Notes: generated by a model from the sequence alone, not told the origin. Positions 18,301-29,394 are shown, counted from the stretch's first letter. The stretch is 64,000 nt of DNA from Desulfatiglandales bacterium (GCA_963667015.2 CAXXJJ010000004.1:1088001-1152000), one strand, 5' to 3'. A program made the numbers and translations.

Positions 18301-18663
18301 GGAAACCTTGAGGATATCAAAGCTAACCTTTCCATTATTATAAAAGACGGATCAAATGGAGTTCACAACCTTAATTATGCGCTTGAGATAATGTCTCGGG
18401 CAAATAGACAGCTAAAGAAAATTATAAAGGCGAAGACAATACTATCTGCCTTACTGCCGGCCAGGTGGATACGGTTTGTAAAATCTATGAAGGCGCCTGA
18501 TAGTATTATCTACCCTCACACAAAAGGAGGAGGCATGATGGGTAGAGGAGGTGAAGTTTACCGAACCCGTCCGGTATGCGCATATCCCAAACACGCTAAA
18601 TATGAAGGAACCGGAGATATAAATGATGCAGCTAATTTTGAATGTGTTGATCTTAAGAAATAG
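18301..18663 (+). pseudogene. Chimeric remnant: cytochrome-c-like C-terminus plus tannase/feruloyl esterase C-terminus
   Basis: DGSNGVHNLNYALEI, then RTRPVCAYPKHAKYEGTGDINDAANFECV in the same frame. Confidence 0.55.
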
Positions 18664-18916
18664 ATTTCAGTATTAAGAAACTTTTGATCCCACACCCCTG
18701 CCTGAGTCAATTACCTATCATTACAGACAGGGGGTGGAATCAATAAAGATATAACAGGATTCACTCCCCTCTTTTCCTTTTTCCAACGCTCATATTTTAA
18801 GTCTGATAATTGATTTGTATTCAAAGGTGTATTATATTAAAAATGAATTACAAAACATGGACGAATATATTTTAACGGCCATATTAAACACCTGTGAGTA
18901 ATGAGAGGACATTTTA

Positions 18917-19507
18917 ATGGAAGACAAAAACGACAGGGAAACCAGAAAACCAAATATCAGGATACTCCTGTTTATACCCATCGCAGCAATTGCATTATAT
19001 CTATTTGTAATGCTGCAGAACAGCCCTCCTTCAAACGTTGATCTTGAGCCCTCTCAAGCACAAAATGGCCCGGCAGCACCCAATTTCACTTTGCAGGGAC
19101 TTGATGGCAGGATGGTCAGCCTGAGTGATTTTAAGGGAAAAGTTGTACTTCTAAACATCTGGGCAACATGGTGTGGTCCCTGTGTTTCTGAAACACCTTC
19201 AATTGATAAACTCCATAAAATGTTTGAGGATGAGGATTTTGCTCTTCTTGCTGTCAGCATAGATGAAGGAGGGAAAAAGGCTGTAGAACCGTTCATGAAG
19301 AGTAAAAAACTTAGTTTTCCAGTCCTTTTAGACCCGGAAGGTCGTGTTGCCAGGCTTTACGGAACTACGGGAGTACCTGAAAGCTTTATAATCCGGAAAG
19401 ATGGCACCGTTGATAACAAGATTGAAGGTGCAATCGACTGGACCTCACCAAAGGTTATTGAATATTTCCAAAGTCTGATTAAGGAACCTTCTCCGAGATC
19501 GATATAA
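18917..19507 (+). CDS. TlpA/ResA-like thiol-disulfide reductase
   Basis: TM anchor; KVVLLNIWATWCGPC; GVPESF. Confidence 0.92.
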   Translation: MEDKNDRETRKPNIRILLFIPIAAIALYLFVMLQNSPPSNVDLEPSQAQNGPAAPNFTLQGLDGRMVSLSDFKGKVVLLNIWATWCGPCVSETPSIDKLHKMFEDEDFALLAVSIDEGGKKAVEPFMKSKKLSFPVLLDPEGRVARLYGTTGVPESFIIRKDGTVDNKIEGAIDWTSPKVIEYFQSLIKEPSPRSI

Positions 19508-19527
19508 TCGATCCAGCTCCCCTGTAA

Positions 19528-19752
19528 TTAAAAAGGTAAATCTTCGTCGTTATCGATATCGTCGAAGTCATCATCATAATCATAGGGCATCACGTCAGCA
19601 GCCAGGCTAAAAAATACACCTAAAGAATCACTCAAATTTTTTACAATTCTACTGTATGCCTCTTTTTCATTAACATCTTTTGCTTCAGCCATTTTTTTTA
19701 GTGTAGCACTCAATTCATTTGATAAATCTACTATTATTTGTTCAGGATCCAT
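19528..19752 (-). CDS. Small acidic hypothetical protein
   Basis: RBS AGGGGA; 74 aa ending DEDLPF. Confidence 0.7.
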   Translation of the reverse strand: MDPEQIIVDLSNELSATLKKMAEAKDVNEKEAYSRIVKNLSDSLGVFFSLAADVMPYDYDDDFDDIDNDEDLPF

Positions 19753-19955
19753 ATATTCCCCTATGTTTGGTTTATTAAATTTTTCACGTCAAAAGTTTAT
19801 TTATTATCAAAATCGGACTCCTTGTCAAATCAATGTTCAAAAAATTATTATTTGATTGATTGTATGCCAATCTTGACTTAGAACAAAGTTTATTTTTTAC
19901 TAAATTACAACTTTAATAAATCGATTACTGAAATAACATTTAAAAGGAGCTATTT

Positions 19956-20618
19956 ATGTCTGAGCATTCTGAACATCTTGATGGAGCTATCCTTCAGAGA
20001 GATAAGGAAACCTATGCAATTGTACCCAGAACCCCTTTAGGCCTTATAACACCTGAAGAACTGGAATCAATAGTTAATGTCGTAAAAAAATATCAGATCC
20101 CAATAGTAAAAATTACATCAGGGCAGAGAATGGCCCTTGTTGGTATTAAAGAGGAAAATGTAGCCCCCGCATGGAAGGATCTGGGGTTAGATGTGGGAAG
20201 AGCCACTGAATTGTGCGTACATTATGCACAGGCCTGTCCCGGAACCGCCGTATGCAGTTTTGGAATGCAGGATTCACTGGCTATGGGCACTGAACTTGAA
20301 AAGATGTTTATTGGTATGGAACTCCCCGCAAAGGTCAAATTCGGGGTTTCCGGGTGTCCATTCTGCTGCGGAGAAAGCTATGTCAGAGATGTTGGTGTGC
20401 TGGGAAAGAAAAAAGGCTGGACAGTCATCTTTGGGGGTAACAGCGGCAACAAACCGCGTATTGGAGATGTTGTAGCTGAAAATCTGACAACAGATGATAC
20501 AATTGATCTGGTTAAACGATGCCTTGAATATTATGCAGTAAACGGAAAGAAGAAGGAACGTACATCCAAATTTATGGATCGTATCGGGATCGATGCCCTT
20601 AAAGAGGCGGTGTCTTAA
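19956..20618 (+). CDS. Nitrite/sulfite reductase 4Fe-4S domain protein (single module)
   Basis: AILQRDKETYAIVPRTPLG, KITSGQR, ACPGTAVC, SGCPFCC. Confidence 0.88.
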   Translation: MSEHSEHLDGAILQRDKETYAIVPRTPLGLITPEELESIVNVVKKYQIPIVKITSGQRMALVGIKEENVAPAWKDLGLDVGRATELCVHYAQACPGTAVCSFGMQDSLAMGTELEKMFIGMELPAKVKFGVSGCPFCCGESYVRDVGVLGKKKGWTVIFGGNSGNKPRIGDVVAENLTTDDTIDLVKRCLEYYAVNGKKKERTSKFMDRIGIDALKEAVS

Positions 20619-21563
20619 TTAAAATGTATACTTTGTCCCTGCAGTATTAAGAAAAAAGGCATCGGGCATGGCTTCCATGAATGCTGTTACAGCCTCAAAT
20701 CCGGTACAGTGAAGCGGTGCTACAATATCAGGGCTTACTGACTGGATGTCAGCAATTGTATTGCTGATTTTTTCCTGACTGGCATTTATCAGGTGAAAGC
20801 CCCCCATAATGGCATGTACTTTTTCCAGACCTGTAATACTTTTGATGTGCTTTACCGTATTTACAATCCCGGCATGTGCACAACCGGAAATAATAATAAG
20901 CCCTTTTCCTTTTACATTAAAGAAAAGTGCCTGCTCACCCCCGAAATCATCCGGGACAAGCCTTCCCTCTTTTTTCACAAGAAGGTTCGGGATCGGGGTT
21001 TCATAGGGGGTTGAGCGCTCAATATCGCCGGAGATATATCCTCCGGGAATAATCTCCATCGGCTCAGATATTTCCTGTACAGATACCCCGGATGCCTCAA
21101 GATCCACTTTATCCAGCTGCCCGAGATCCATTGCTGCGTCTGATCCTGGCCGTAATGAATATCTATTCAGGAAGGCCTCTTTTCCAACATAAAAAGGTGC
21201 TCCCTCCTTAATCCTGGTTCTATTGAGATTCAGGATACTTGCAGCACTCAAATAGTGATCAAAGTGACCGTGACTTAGCCCAAAGGCATTAGCTTTTCCG
21301 ATATCAATACCTAGGAGTTCCATATTGTTTCTGACACCTTTATAATCCATACCAAAATCAAACATGCATGCACCTGTTTTGCCATTTGATTGGGTTTCAA
21401 TATAGAATGCTAGGCCATGCTCTGCATGAATGCTTTTTCCTGGAGAGGAGCCATATCGTTTTGCAAATTCTGTATCACGTCTGCTGGTATCATAGTAGTT
21501 GTCAGTAACGACATAAACTGTAACACTGTCCGCATCAATAACTGCAAGATTCTTTGTTCTCAT
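20619..21563 (-). CDS. MBL-fold metallo-hydrolase
   Basis: AEHGLAF, LSHGHFDH, GCAHAG, GGFHL, PLHCTG. Confidence 0.9.
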   Translation of the reverse strand: MRTKNLAVIDADSVTVYVVTDNYYDTSRRDTEFAKRYGSSPGKSIHAEHGLAFYIETQSNGKTGACMFDFGMDYKGVRNNMELLGIDIGKANAFGLSHGHFDHYLSAASILNLNRTRIKEGAPFYVGKEAFLNRYSLRPGSDAAMDLGQLDKVDLEASGVSVQEISEPMEIIPGGYISGDIERSTPYETPIPNLLVKKEGRLVPDDFGGEQALFFNVKGKGLIIISGCAHAGIVNTVKHIKSITGLEKVHAIMGGFHLINASQEKISNTIADIQSVSPDIVAPLHCTGFEAVTAFMEAMPDAFFLNTAGTKYTF

Positions 21564-21786
21564 TTTTCATCCTTTAGCCTGCATCCGGTTTATTTTGAGT
21601 ATAAACATCCATAACTAATTTTTTAAACCATGCTGGTTTTTCAACGACAACATAGATTAGTAAAATTGTTGTAAAAGGTATAGGAATAACCGTATCCAAT
21701 ACTGCAAGAATAATTAAATAGATTAATAATTTTACTGTTGTCTTCATAAAGTCCTTTAAAATTCAATTCGTGTTCAGTAGCAGATT

Positions 21787-22320
21787 CTAAGGTTTTTTAG
21801 TTTTAGTTTCTATATTCTGCCTGATCTCATGAATTCGTCTATGCATTACTGTCATAACAATACGGATTTCTCGTATCAGCAGAATAACGCCAAATACTAT
21901 TCCGCCTACTGCAACCACACCCAGCAGGAGAACAAAGGATAAAAAAACGGTTTCAACTGCCTGGGATTTGAGCATTGTACTTACTGATCCCAGTAATGAA
22001 ACCAGGGCCACCAGTGCAAAGCATGATAGAGATAAATAAAAACAACGCATAGCCTTTAAAAGCAGCAACCCCCTGGTTTCAGCGGTAGTGAACTCATCAA
22101 CCAGTCTGCTCAGCCTGGGAGGAAATATATCATCACCGCTGGCATCAATTTGTCTGGCTATTTCCTTGGCCATATCTATTGCCCGTGCAAAACGGTTACT
22201 TGTACTCATGGCAAGCAGGGCACAGGCGTTCGTAAGAACAGCAGGTGCGACAATAAATGTCAGCATTATAAAGGGATTTGACTGGAAACCAACAGAGGAA
22301 CTGATATCAGGCAGTGACAT
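21787..22320 (-). CDS. DUF2721-like membrane protein
   Basis: IVAPAVLTNACALLAMSTSNRFARAID plus three TM segments. Confidence 0.75.
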   Translation of the reverse strand: MSLPDISSSVGFQSNPFIMLTFIVAPAVLTNACALLAMSTSNRFARAIDMAKEIARQIDASGDDIFPPRLSRLVDEFTTAETRGLLLLKAMRCFYLSLSCFALVALVSLLGSVSTMLKSQAVETVFLSFVLLLGVVAVGGIVFGVILLIREIRIVMTVMHRRIHEIRQNIETKTKKP

Positions 22321-22364
22321 ATGAAATCTCCAACTCGTAAATATTTTTTGTATATCTTATAAGG

Positions 22365-24659
22365 CTACTGAGGATTCCTGACGTATTCCTGTTGCACACT
22401 CTTTCTGGTTAACCAATCGACTAAAATTTCTCCAGTCTCCTGAAGCATACTGTCCTTTTGCTGATCGCTGTCTTCTTCCTCTTCTGCCTTTTCCATTTCA
22501 GCATAATCTTTGTAGATTTCTTCACCAAGGGCCTGCCTGCGCCTGTTCTCTATGGCAAGCAGACGTTGTTCTGTTGTTTCACGTTCCGTTCTTCGCTCTG
22601 ATTCATTCAGGGATGCGACTGTTTTTTCCCTGGCTTCTTCCAGAAATATTACACGGTCATTAAGGTATTGAAAATCCGGATTTTGCTTTATGCGTTGCTC
22701 ATGTAATAAATCGAGATAGTGTATGGTTGGAGCCATATCAGCCAGCCTGTTATAATTTGCCGGCTGGATCTGATCCCATGCCAAGGTCTGAGGTAAAGAA
22801 CTTTCACCTATTTCATCCTGATCAATAATTGTTGGGAAAACAATATCCGGAATAATTCCTCTATTTTGAGTACTGTCGCCATTGATCCTGTAGAATTTGG
22901 CCTGGGTATATTTAACCCGTCCGGGAGTAAGGGGCTCCATGCTTTGAACAGTACCCTTTCCAAATGTCTGACTGCCAATAATAATACCACGTCCATAGTC
23001 CTGAATAGCACCGGCAAATATTTCAGAAGCCGAGGCACTCAGCCGATTCACCAGCACAGCCATGTGCCCGCTATAAACAAGTTTCGGATCAAGATCCCGG
23101 ACCAGCATTACTCTGTTATCAGCATCCCTGATCTGGACAACAGGTCCGGTGGTAATAAAAAGACCCGTAATATCATCTGCTTCCTGCAGAGAACCGCCAC
23201 CATTGTTGCGCAGATCAAAAATCAGGCTGTCAATATTTTCATCCAGTAATTCCCGGATCAGTTTTTCCACATCACGGGTACTGCTCCTGAAATCTGGTTC
23301 GCCTGCCATAGCGGCTTCAAAGTCGACATAAAAGGCAGGCAATTTTATAACACCAACCTTGTATAGAGTGTCACCGCGTTTAACTTCGATTATTGATTTC
23401 TTGGCAGACTGCTCTTCTAGTTTTACGGTATCCCGCGTAATGGATATGATTTTGGTTTTGCTTATGTCAGAAGTTTCAGGTATTATTTTTAATCTAACGA
23501 CAGTACCCTTTGCTCCACGTATGAGATCAACCACATCATCCAGTCGCCATCCCACAACATCCTGCAGCTCACCTTCTTCACCCTGACCAACGGCTACAAT
23601 CCGGTCTGCAGTATGTAATTCCCTGCTTCGTTCTGCGGGACCTCCTGCAACAAGCTCTTCTACTTTTACATATCCATATTCACTTCTAAGTAAAGCACCA
23701 ATGCCTTCCAGCGATAAACGCATATGGATATCAAAATTTTCCGATTCAGCCGGCGGAAAATATTCCGTATGCGGGTCATAACAGTGAGTATAGGCGGTAA
23801 TAAAAAATTTAAATACATCATCACTGTTAGCCTGATCAAGTATACGTAACTGATTTTTATACCGTTTTGTGAGAGTTGTCGAAACTTCCTCCTCCACTGT
23901 GTCGCCGTTTTTTTTATCCAGGTCGGCATTATCAGCAGGGATACTTTCAGGTTTTTGTTCCTGCATCTCCCCATTCTCTGCGGGTGTAACATCAACCTTC
24001 TGAGGAGGAGAATCCTCTTCATCAGGCTTTTCTTCAAGCTTTAAATTAAGTATTTCATTTTTAAGCAAACGCCGCCAGAGATCTTTTGCCGCATCCATAT
24101 CAGCATACCAGGGTAGGTTGTCCCGATCCAGCTCCAGATATTCATTTTTAGTAAAATCCAGAGAATCAACGCCTTTTTCCAGTAATTCCAGTGTATACTC
24201 CAGCCGCTGTTTTCTTCTCTCGTGGTATCGCCTGTAGATAAAAAATGCAGATTCAAGATTTCCTTCTTTCAAATCTTCATCAAAGCTATAACGGTATTTA
24301 GAAAATTCATCAATATCAGCGACAAGGAAATGAGCTTTGGCAGGATCAAGCATTTCTATGTAGTTATTAAATATCTTTTCGCTGAATTCATTGTCAAATT
24401 GTTCATCCAGATAGTGATACCTTTGCAGTTTTTTAACTAATGCCTTTGTTGTTTTTGCCTGCTCTTTTGTTGGAACAAGTAGACCTGGAACAGGTTTGGC
24501 CTTGCCGCCTGTATCAGCATCAGTTTTCTTAAAATTACCTGCCAGTAACAGGCCGGAAATAATAATCAGTGCAAGTAATAAAACCTTAAATGATGAGAGA
24601 AATCGAATTTTATTTATCATAACTTTGTCTGCATTATTTATGAAAGGGTTTATTAACAA
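22365..24659 (-). CDS. prc: Carboxy-terminal processing (tail-specific) protease
   Basis: DPHTEYF, SLEGIGALL, PDZ, DLRNNGGGSL, SASASEIFAGAIQDYGR, TFGKGTVQ; start may be slightly downstream. Confidence 0.93.
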   Translation of the reverse strand: MLINPFINNADKVMINKIRFLSSFKVLLLALIIISGLLLAGNFKKTDADTGGKAKPVPGLLVPTKEQAKTTKALVKKLQRYHYLDEQFDNEFSEKIFNNYIEMLDPAKAHFLVADIDEFSKYRYSFDEDLKEGNLESAFFIYRRYHERRKQRLEYTLELLEKGVDSLDFTKNEYLELDRDNLPWYADMDAAKDLWRRLLKNEILNLKLEEKPDEEDSPPQKVDVTPAENGEMQEQKPESIPADNADLDKKNGDTVEEEVSTTLTKRYKNQLRILDQANSDDVFKFFITAYTHCYDPHTEYFPPAESENFDIHMRLSLEGIGALLRSEYGYVKVEELVAGGPAERSRELHTADRIVAVGQGEEGELQDVVGWRLDDVVDLIRGAKGTVVRLKIIPETSDISKTKIISITRDTVKLEEQSAKKSIIEVKRGDTLYKVGVIKLPAFYVDFEAAMAGEPDFRSSTRDVEKLIRELLDENIDSLIFDLRNNGGGSLQEADDITGLFITTGPVVQIRDADNRVMLVRDLDPKLVYSGHMAVLVNRLSASASEIFAGAIQDYGRGIIIGSQTFGKGTVQSMEPLTPGRVKYTQAKFYRINGDSTQNRGIIPDIVFPTIIDQDEIGESSLPQTLAWDQIQPANYNRLADMAPTIHYLDLLHEQRIKQNPDFQYLNDRVIFLEEAREKTVASLNESERRTERETTEQRLLAIENRRRQALGEEIYKDYAEMEKAEEEEDSDQQKDSMLQETGEILVDWLTRKSVQQEYVRNPQ

Positions 24660-24906
24660 TCCTTTGCAATTACAAAGGTATTTGTCCTACAACAAGTGAA
24701 CCCTGAAAATATCAGGTAACCTGTTATCTGTCCAGTAGTTTACTGGCTGAATCGGTTTTTAAGCGCCAATAAAAGTGAATCCACATCAATGCTTTTTTAT
24801 ATCTTCGGATTTTCTCAGTATTTCTTTAATTTCCTTTAGCGTTCATTAGCGGTTCCCGTGGATTTTAATTATACTCTTGATGTTCTTCTCCGATTGATTT
24901 TCTATT

Positions 24907-26175
24907 TTACAGATCTATATACGCGGCCCTGAAACCAATATCAGGAAAAATAAAATCACGTGTCTCCCGCAAATAGAAATCCCATAGCCATCCCGGGGAA
25001 GCATCCCACCATGATCCTCCGCGTGCAAGCACACGCTCACCATAATTCTTGTAAAAAAATATGCCGTTACTTGCCGGATTATCAACAGGAAACAGGCCGA
25101 GTTCCTTAAGGATAATATGCGGCTGGACACAGGCAAGGGTGTCATAAAACATATTAAAAACATAACTGTAATCAGTTTCAGGTGTCATCTCACCCGTGTA
25201 GTTAACATTTTCTATTTTTGTACTAAGCCTGCTTCCTCCTTCAACCATCACAACCTTTTTCGTATCAACTCCGGGGTTTACGCCGTCATACTTGTATGTA
25301 TCATCACTGCCCGGTTCGACAAATTTACCCTTCAGATTAATAGCCTTCCATTGTGTGCTGTTAATACTTTCATCCACATTCAGTGCGCTGTCATTGTCCG
25401 GGATCACCTGGATTTCGCCATCCATTATTCTGATGCCTGAGACCCAGTCAAAGACATTTCCATTAAGATCTGAAATTCCGAATGGAGACCCATCATGATT
25501 CCATGAATCCGGCCCCGAGCCTGTAAGTGTTCTTGCAGAAGGAGTAGCACTCAACTCGTTTTCTGGTGAAAGTATGCCCCGTTCATGTGTAGCGGCATAA
25601 GCAAGTCCCCAGTGTGAGTTGCCATGGGGAACGCTGTTATTTTTCATGCACCAGTGTGAGATAGCTGCCCATTCAGCATTCGTAAATAAATGCCAGCCTT
25701 TGCCCTTTCTGGCACATGCCTCACGTGCATCATCGATGGTAATTGTATGAGCAGGATCCCTGCCAGGGAGAGAATAGGCCCTGCCGTTTTCTATTACATT
25801 AAGGTATTTACTGATATAGATATAGTCCAGCAGCTCGCCGTCTACAAAAAAAGCTGAGCAGGGCTTATCCTCGCCTCCTTTGACAACATCCGACCAGTTA
25901 AAGCGCGGAATACGAACCATTACCGAAGGCATCCCCAGATCGTCAAAAAGCAGGGTATTCTTTCCTCCCGAAGCTGCTTCAAGGGTAAATTTTGCAGAAT
26001 CAAATTTTGATATATCTTCGGGTTCAGGCTGTTTGTAATCCTTACACTTCTTTTTTACATGCCTGTGCAGCCTCGGAAAACCAAAATCACAGGGTTCACC
26101 CACTTCAATTTCATAAATAACCTTTGTTCCGTCAGATAAATATCCGTACTGTTGGCCTTTAGGTAGTTTTTCCAA
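24907..26175 (-). CDS. FGE-type C-type-lectin-fold protein resembling phage DGR target/tail proteins
   Basis: GWHLFTNAEW, RTLTGSGP, GISDLNGNVFDW, C-terminal RGGSW...IGFRAA. Confidence 0.75.
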   Translation of the reverse strand: MEKLPKGQQYGYLSDGTKVIYEIEVGEPCDFGFPRLHRHVKKKCKDYKQPEPEDISKFDSAKFTLEAASGGKNTLLFDDLGMPSVMVRIPRFNWSDVVKGGEDKPCSAFFVDGELLDYIYISKYLNVIENGRAYSLPGRDPAHTITIDDAREACARKGKGWHLFTNAEWAAISHWCMKNNSVPHGNSHWGLAYAATHERGILSPENELSATPSARTLTGSGPDSWNHDGSPFGISDLNGNVFDWVSGIRIMDGEIQVIPDNDSALNVDESINSTQWKAINLKGKFVEPGSDDTYKYDGVNPGVDTKKVVMVEGGSRLSTKIENVNYTGEMTPETDYSYVFNMFYDTLACVQPHIILKELGLFPVDNPASNGIFFYKNYGERVLARGGSWWDASPGWLWDFYLRETRDFIFPDIGFRAAYIDL

Positions 26176-26537
26176 TTAAAGTACCTCCTTGACAGTGTAT
26201 AAAAATAGCCGTTAGACAGCCGAAATGCACTTTTATCATGCCACAGGTTTACCATGATTATATGAAGAAAAACAATAAAGGTCAGAGCCAAACACCCTTT
26301 TTATGGGACAATCAATAGTAGATGGCAAAAATGAAATTCACTATTTTTAATCCTTTTAATTTTCAGTTTTAACTAAATAGATTTATTAATTGTCATTTCA
26401 ATATGTTATAAATTAATTATTATATTTAACCGTATTCAATAGAATACGATAAATTACAATTATTACCGATTACATTTGAAATAGAAATTCCAAAAAACTA
26501 TCCTGTGCATAATATCTATACAAAAGGTCAAAAAACC

Positions 26538-27404
26538 ATGAGCACACCCGGAGAGATTCCATCAAAAAAAGAAATAAAACGTCCCGATATTTTTGACTAC
26601 CTCGATTACAGATCTTTTCTCAGAGATCTATTCAATTATAAAAAATTTAAAAATCACCTTTATTCATACAGGGTATTTTCAGGAAAAGCGGGCTTTTCAT
26701 CTCCCAATTTCCTTAAGCTTGTAATTGATGGCAAGAGAAATCTGACAAATGAGAGTATTGGGAAAATTTCAAAGGGTTTTGTTTTAAAAAAACAGGAAAG
26801 GGATTTTTTTGAAAATCTGGTATTCATGAATCAGGCCTCTTCAGATGATGAAAAAAATCACTATCTCCAGAAGATGATGGCATCAAATGGATATCTTAAA
26901 TCCCATAAAATAGACAGATCAAACTACATATATTTTTCCAAGTGGTATTACCCGGCAATAAGAGAGATTGCAATTTTTGGGGAGCGTAATTCAACTCCTG
27001 AACAGATAGCAAATAAACTGAATCCCAATATAACAACCAGGGAAGTTGAAAAAGCCCTTGAAATATTATTGGAGCTTGGTCTGCTCAGAAAAGATAAAGC
27101 CGGGTTATGGGAACAGCCTGATAAAGTAATAACAACAGGCCCGGAGGTGATGAAATCTCTTATAATTTCAAATTATCATAGAGAAATGATAAAGCTGGGT
27201 ATGGAGGCGCTTGAACGTCACCAAAAAAATAAAAGAGATATAAGCGGAGTAACATTGAGTGTAAAGAAAGGGAAAATCTCAGAAATAAAAAAGAGAATTA
27301 TTGAATTCAGAAAAGAACTTTTAAAAATGGAAAGTGAAGATAAAGATCCTGAGCAGGTTATACAAATAAACATACAGGCTTTTCCCTTAACAAAAATAGA
27401 CTAA
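26538..27404 (+). CDS. TIGR02147 family protein (HTH + DUF4423)
   Basis: IFDYLDYRSFL, YSYRVFSGKAGFSSPNFLKLVIDGKRNL, WYYPAIRE, QINIQAFPL. Confidence 0.88.
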   Translation: MSTPGEIPSKKEIKRPDIFDYLDYRSFLRDLFNYKKFKNHLYSYRVFSGKAGFSSPNFLKLVIDGKRNLTNESIGKISKGFVLKKQERDFFENLVFMNQASSDDEKNHYLQKMMASNGYLKSHKIDRSNYIYFSKWYYPAIREIAIFGERNSTPEQIANKLNPNITTREVEKALEILLELGLLRKDKAGLWEQPDKVITTGPEVMKSLIISNYHREMIKLGMEALERHQKNKRDISGVTLSVKKGKISEIKKRIIEFRKELLKMESEDKDPEQVIQINIQAFPLTKID

Positions 27405-27414
27405 GGAGAGAGAG

Positions 27415-29394
27415 ATGGCCAGATCAATAAATAATAACTCAAAGTCATACCTCATTCTAATAATTTTATTGAGCATGACTTACATAATAGCGTGCAAGGG
27501 TGTCAGGGTTGGTACCGAAGTAGGTAATACTTCTTCCAACAGCTGGAATGAACTGGAAATATATATTAAAGGCGAGTTCAGCGAGAGTGTTTTACCATCA
27601 GAGGTATACGAATTCGAGACAGGCCTGGTGCCTGCTGAGCTCAGTGATGTTGCCAATGATTATTATTCAGCTGGAGACTACTCCCGGACCAATGTTCAGG
27701 AGATAGGAGTAGATGAATCAGACAAAGTAAAATCGGACGGCACATACCTTTACATAGCAGGTGACAGCGCGGTTCATATTGTAAATGCGGTCCCTGCTGA
27801 TTCCATGAACATCATTAGCACAATCAACGTTAATGGGACTGTTGATTCACTCTATCTCGATAATAATACTTTAATAATACTCTACGAATACAGTTCAGGA
27901 AGAGGTTTAACATGGTCAGGTTCAAGTCCGTGCATAACCGTGGGATTATCATATTGTACACCTGTGGAAACCAGACTTGGAGTTTTGATAACTGATGTCT
28001 CAGATCCGTCCTCTCCCGATTGGATTAAGGAATGGATCATTGACGGCTGGATGGTCTCCTCACGTTTAACCGGCAGCAAACTTCACATCGTACAGAAGTT
28101 CCTCCCTGATCTTCCGCCGCTACAGCAAATATATGATGGAACAGAAGAAGAAAGAGCTGAAGCGGTTGCAGCAAACAAAGCAGCGCTGAAGGATATGCCT
28201 CTCAGTGAACTTATACCCTACTATGATGTTATTAATAAAAACGGCAATATAAGCCGTACGTCCCCCCTCATAATCCCTGAAGATTTCTATCGTCCTGCGG
28301 AATCAAACGGTGGAAGCGTAATAAGCATAGTAACAATTGATCTGGACAACCCATCTGAAGATTTTAAGAGTAAAGGACTTATTGCTGATGCACATACTGT
28401 TTATGCATCAACCGATGCCATATATATAGCTTCTTCCCAATGGAACAACGAAACAGTAGCACTGGGTGAAACAAGAGAATATTACTGGACCTTCCTTTAC
28501 AAGTTTTCACTTGCCGGTGAAGAGGCTACAGTGGAAGGAACAGGGGAAGTAAGAGGTAAAATACTTAACCAGTTTTCTATGGGTGAATACGATGATGTCC
28601 TTCGAATCGCTACAGCATCGAGAACTTCTATTGAAGGTGTATGGGGAGTTACAAATGAAAACAATATATACTGCCTTGAGGCCGGAAACGGCAGTCTGGA
28701 TATTATAGGGAGCCTGGAAGGAATAGCACCCGGAGAAGATATCTATGCAGCCCGTTTTATTGGGCCCCATGGATTTATGGTGACCTTTGTCAAGGTTGAT
28801 CCGCTTTTCACAATTGATTTATCCGACCCGTCTAACCCTGTAATTGCAGGAGAGCTGCACGTACCGGGATATTCAGACTATATCCATCCTCTGGGAAATG
28901 ATCATTTGATTACAATCGGCAAAGATACAGTATTGGATGATTTCGGGAATGTATGGTATCAGGGATTACAATTATCCATTTTCGATATCAGTGATTTTGC
29001 TAACCCTCAGCTCCTGCATAGCGAGGTGATTGGTGACCGGGGAACAGAATCACTTGCCCTATATGATCACAAGGCATTCACTTTCTGGGATGAAAATGGT
29101 CTTCTTGCAATCCCCGTAGATCTTTTTGAGCATGAGACAGAACCGGCCTATCCATATACGTATGGTGAGTATACCTTTAGCGGCCTCTATGTATACCGTA
29201 TTACTACTGAAGAAGGCTTTAACTATCTAGGCAGGATAAATACTGATTTCTACATCTACTATGGCGATGATTGGCTCAGGGGACTCTTTATTGAAAATGA
29301 TGTCTATGCTGTTAATGGTGAAACTGTACGTTCATCAAATATAGACGATATTGCAGGGACAGTGAATACATTGACTTTCCCGAACAGTGATTAA
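27415..29394 (+). CDS. Secreted beta-propeller domain lipoprotein (Beta_propel family)
   Basis: Lipobox IIAC; YSRTNVQEIGVDESDKVKSDG, ILNQFSMGEY, VDPLFTIDLSDP, PGYSDYIHP. Confidence 0.88.
   Translation: MARSINNNSKSYLILIILLSMTYIIACKGVRVGTEVGNTSSNSWNELEIYIKGEFSESVLPSEVYEFETGLVPAELSDVANDYYSAGDYSRTNVQEIGVDESDKVKSDGTYLYIAGDSAVHIVNAVPADSMNIISTINVNGTVDSLYLDNNTLIILYEYSSGRGLTWSGSSPCITVGLSYCTPVETRLGVLITDVSDPSSPDWIKEWIIDGWMVSSRLTGSKLHIVQKFLPDLPPLQQIYDGTEEERAEAVAANKAALKDMPLSELIPYYDVINKNGNISRTSPLIIPEDFYRPAESNGGSVISIVTIDLDNPSEDFKSKGLIADAHTVYASTDAIYIASSQWNNETVALGETREYYWTFLYKFSLAGEEATVEGTGEVRGKILNQFSMGEYDDVLRIATASRTSIEGVWGVTNENNIYCLEAGNGSLDIIGSLEGIAPGEDIYAARFIGPHGFMVTFVKVDPLFTIDLSDPSNPVIAGELHVPGYSDYIHPLGNDHLITIGKDTVLDDFGNVWYQGLQLSIFDISDFANPQLLHSEVIGDRGTESLALYDHKAFTFWDENGLLAIPVDLFEHETEPAYPYTYGEYTFSGLYVYRITTEEGFNYLGRINTDFYIYYGDDWLRGLFIENDVYAVNGETVRSSNIDDIAGTVNTLTFPNSD

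Noticed and set aside
20619..21563. MBL-fold genes (also 58790-59665) as true metallo-beta-lactamases regulated by BlaI
   Set aside because: Motifs fit other MBL-fold hydrolase subfamilies and no TACA-NN-TGTA box was seen upstream
24700..26500. Complete diversity-generating retroelement
   Set aside because: No reverse transcriptase ORF and no template repeat found by eye in the window
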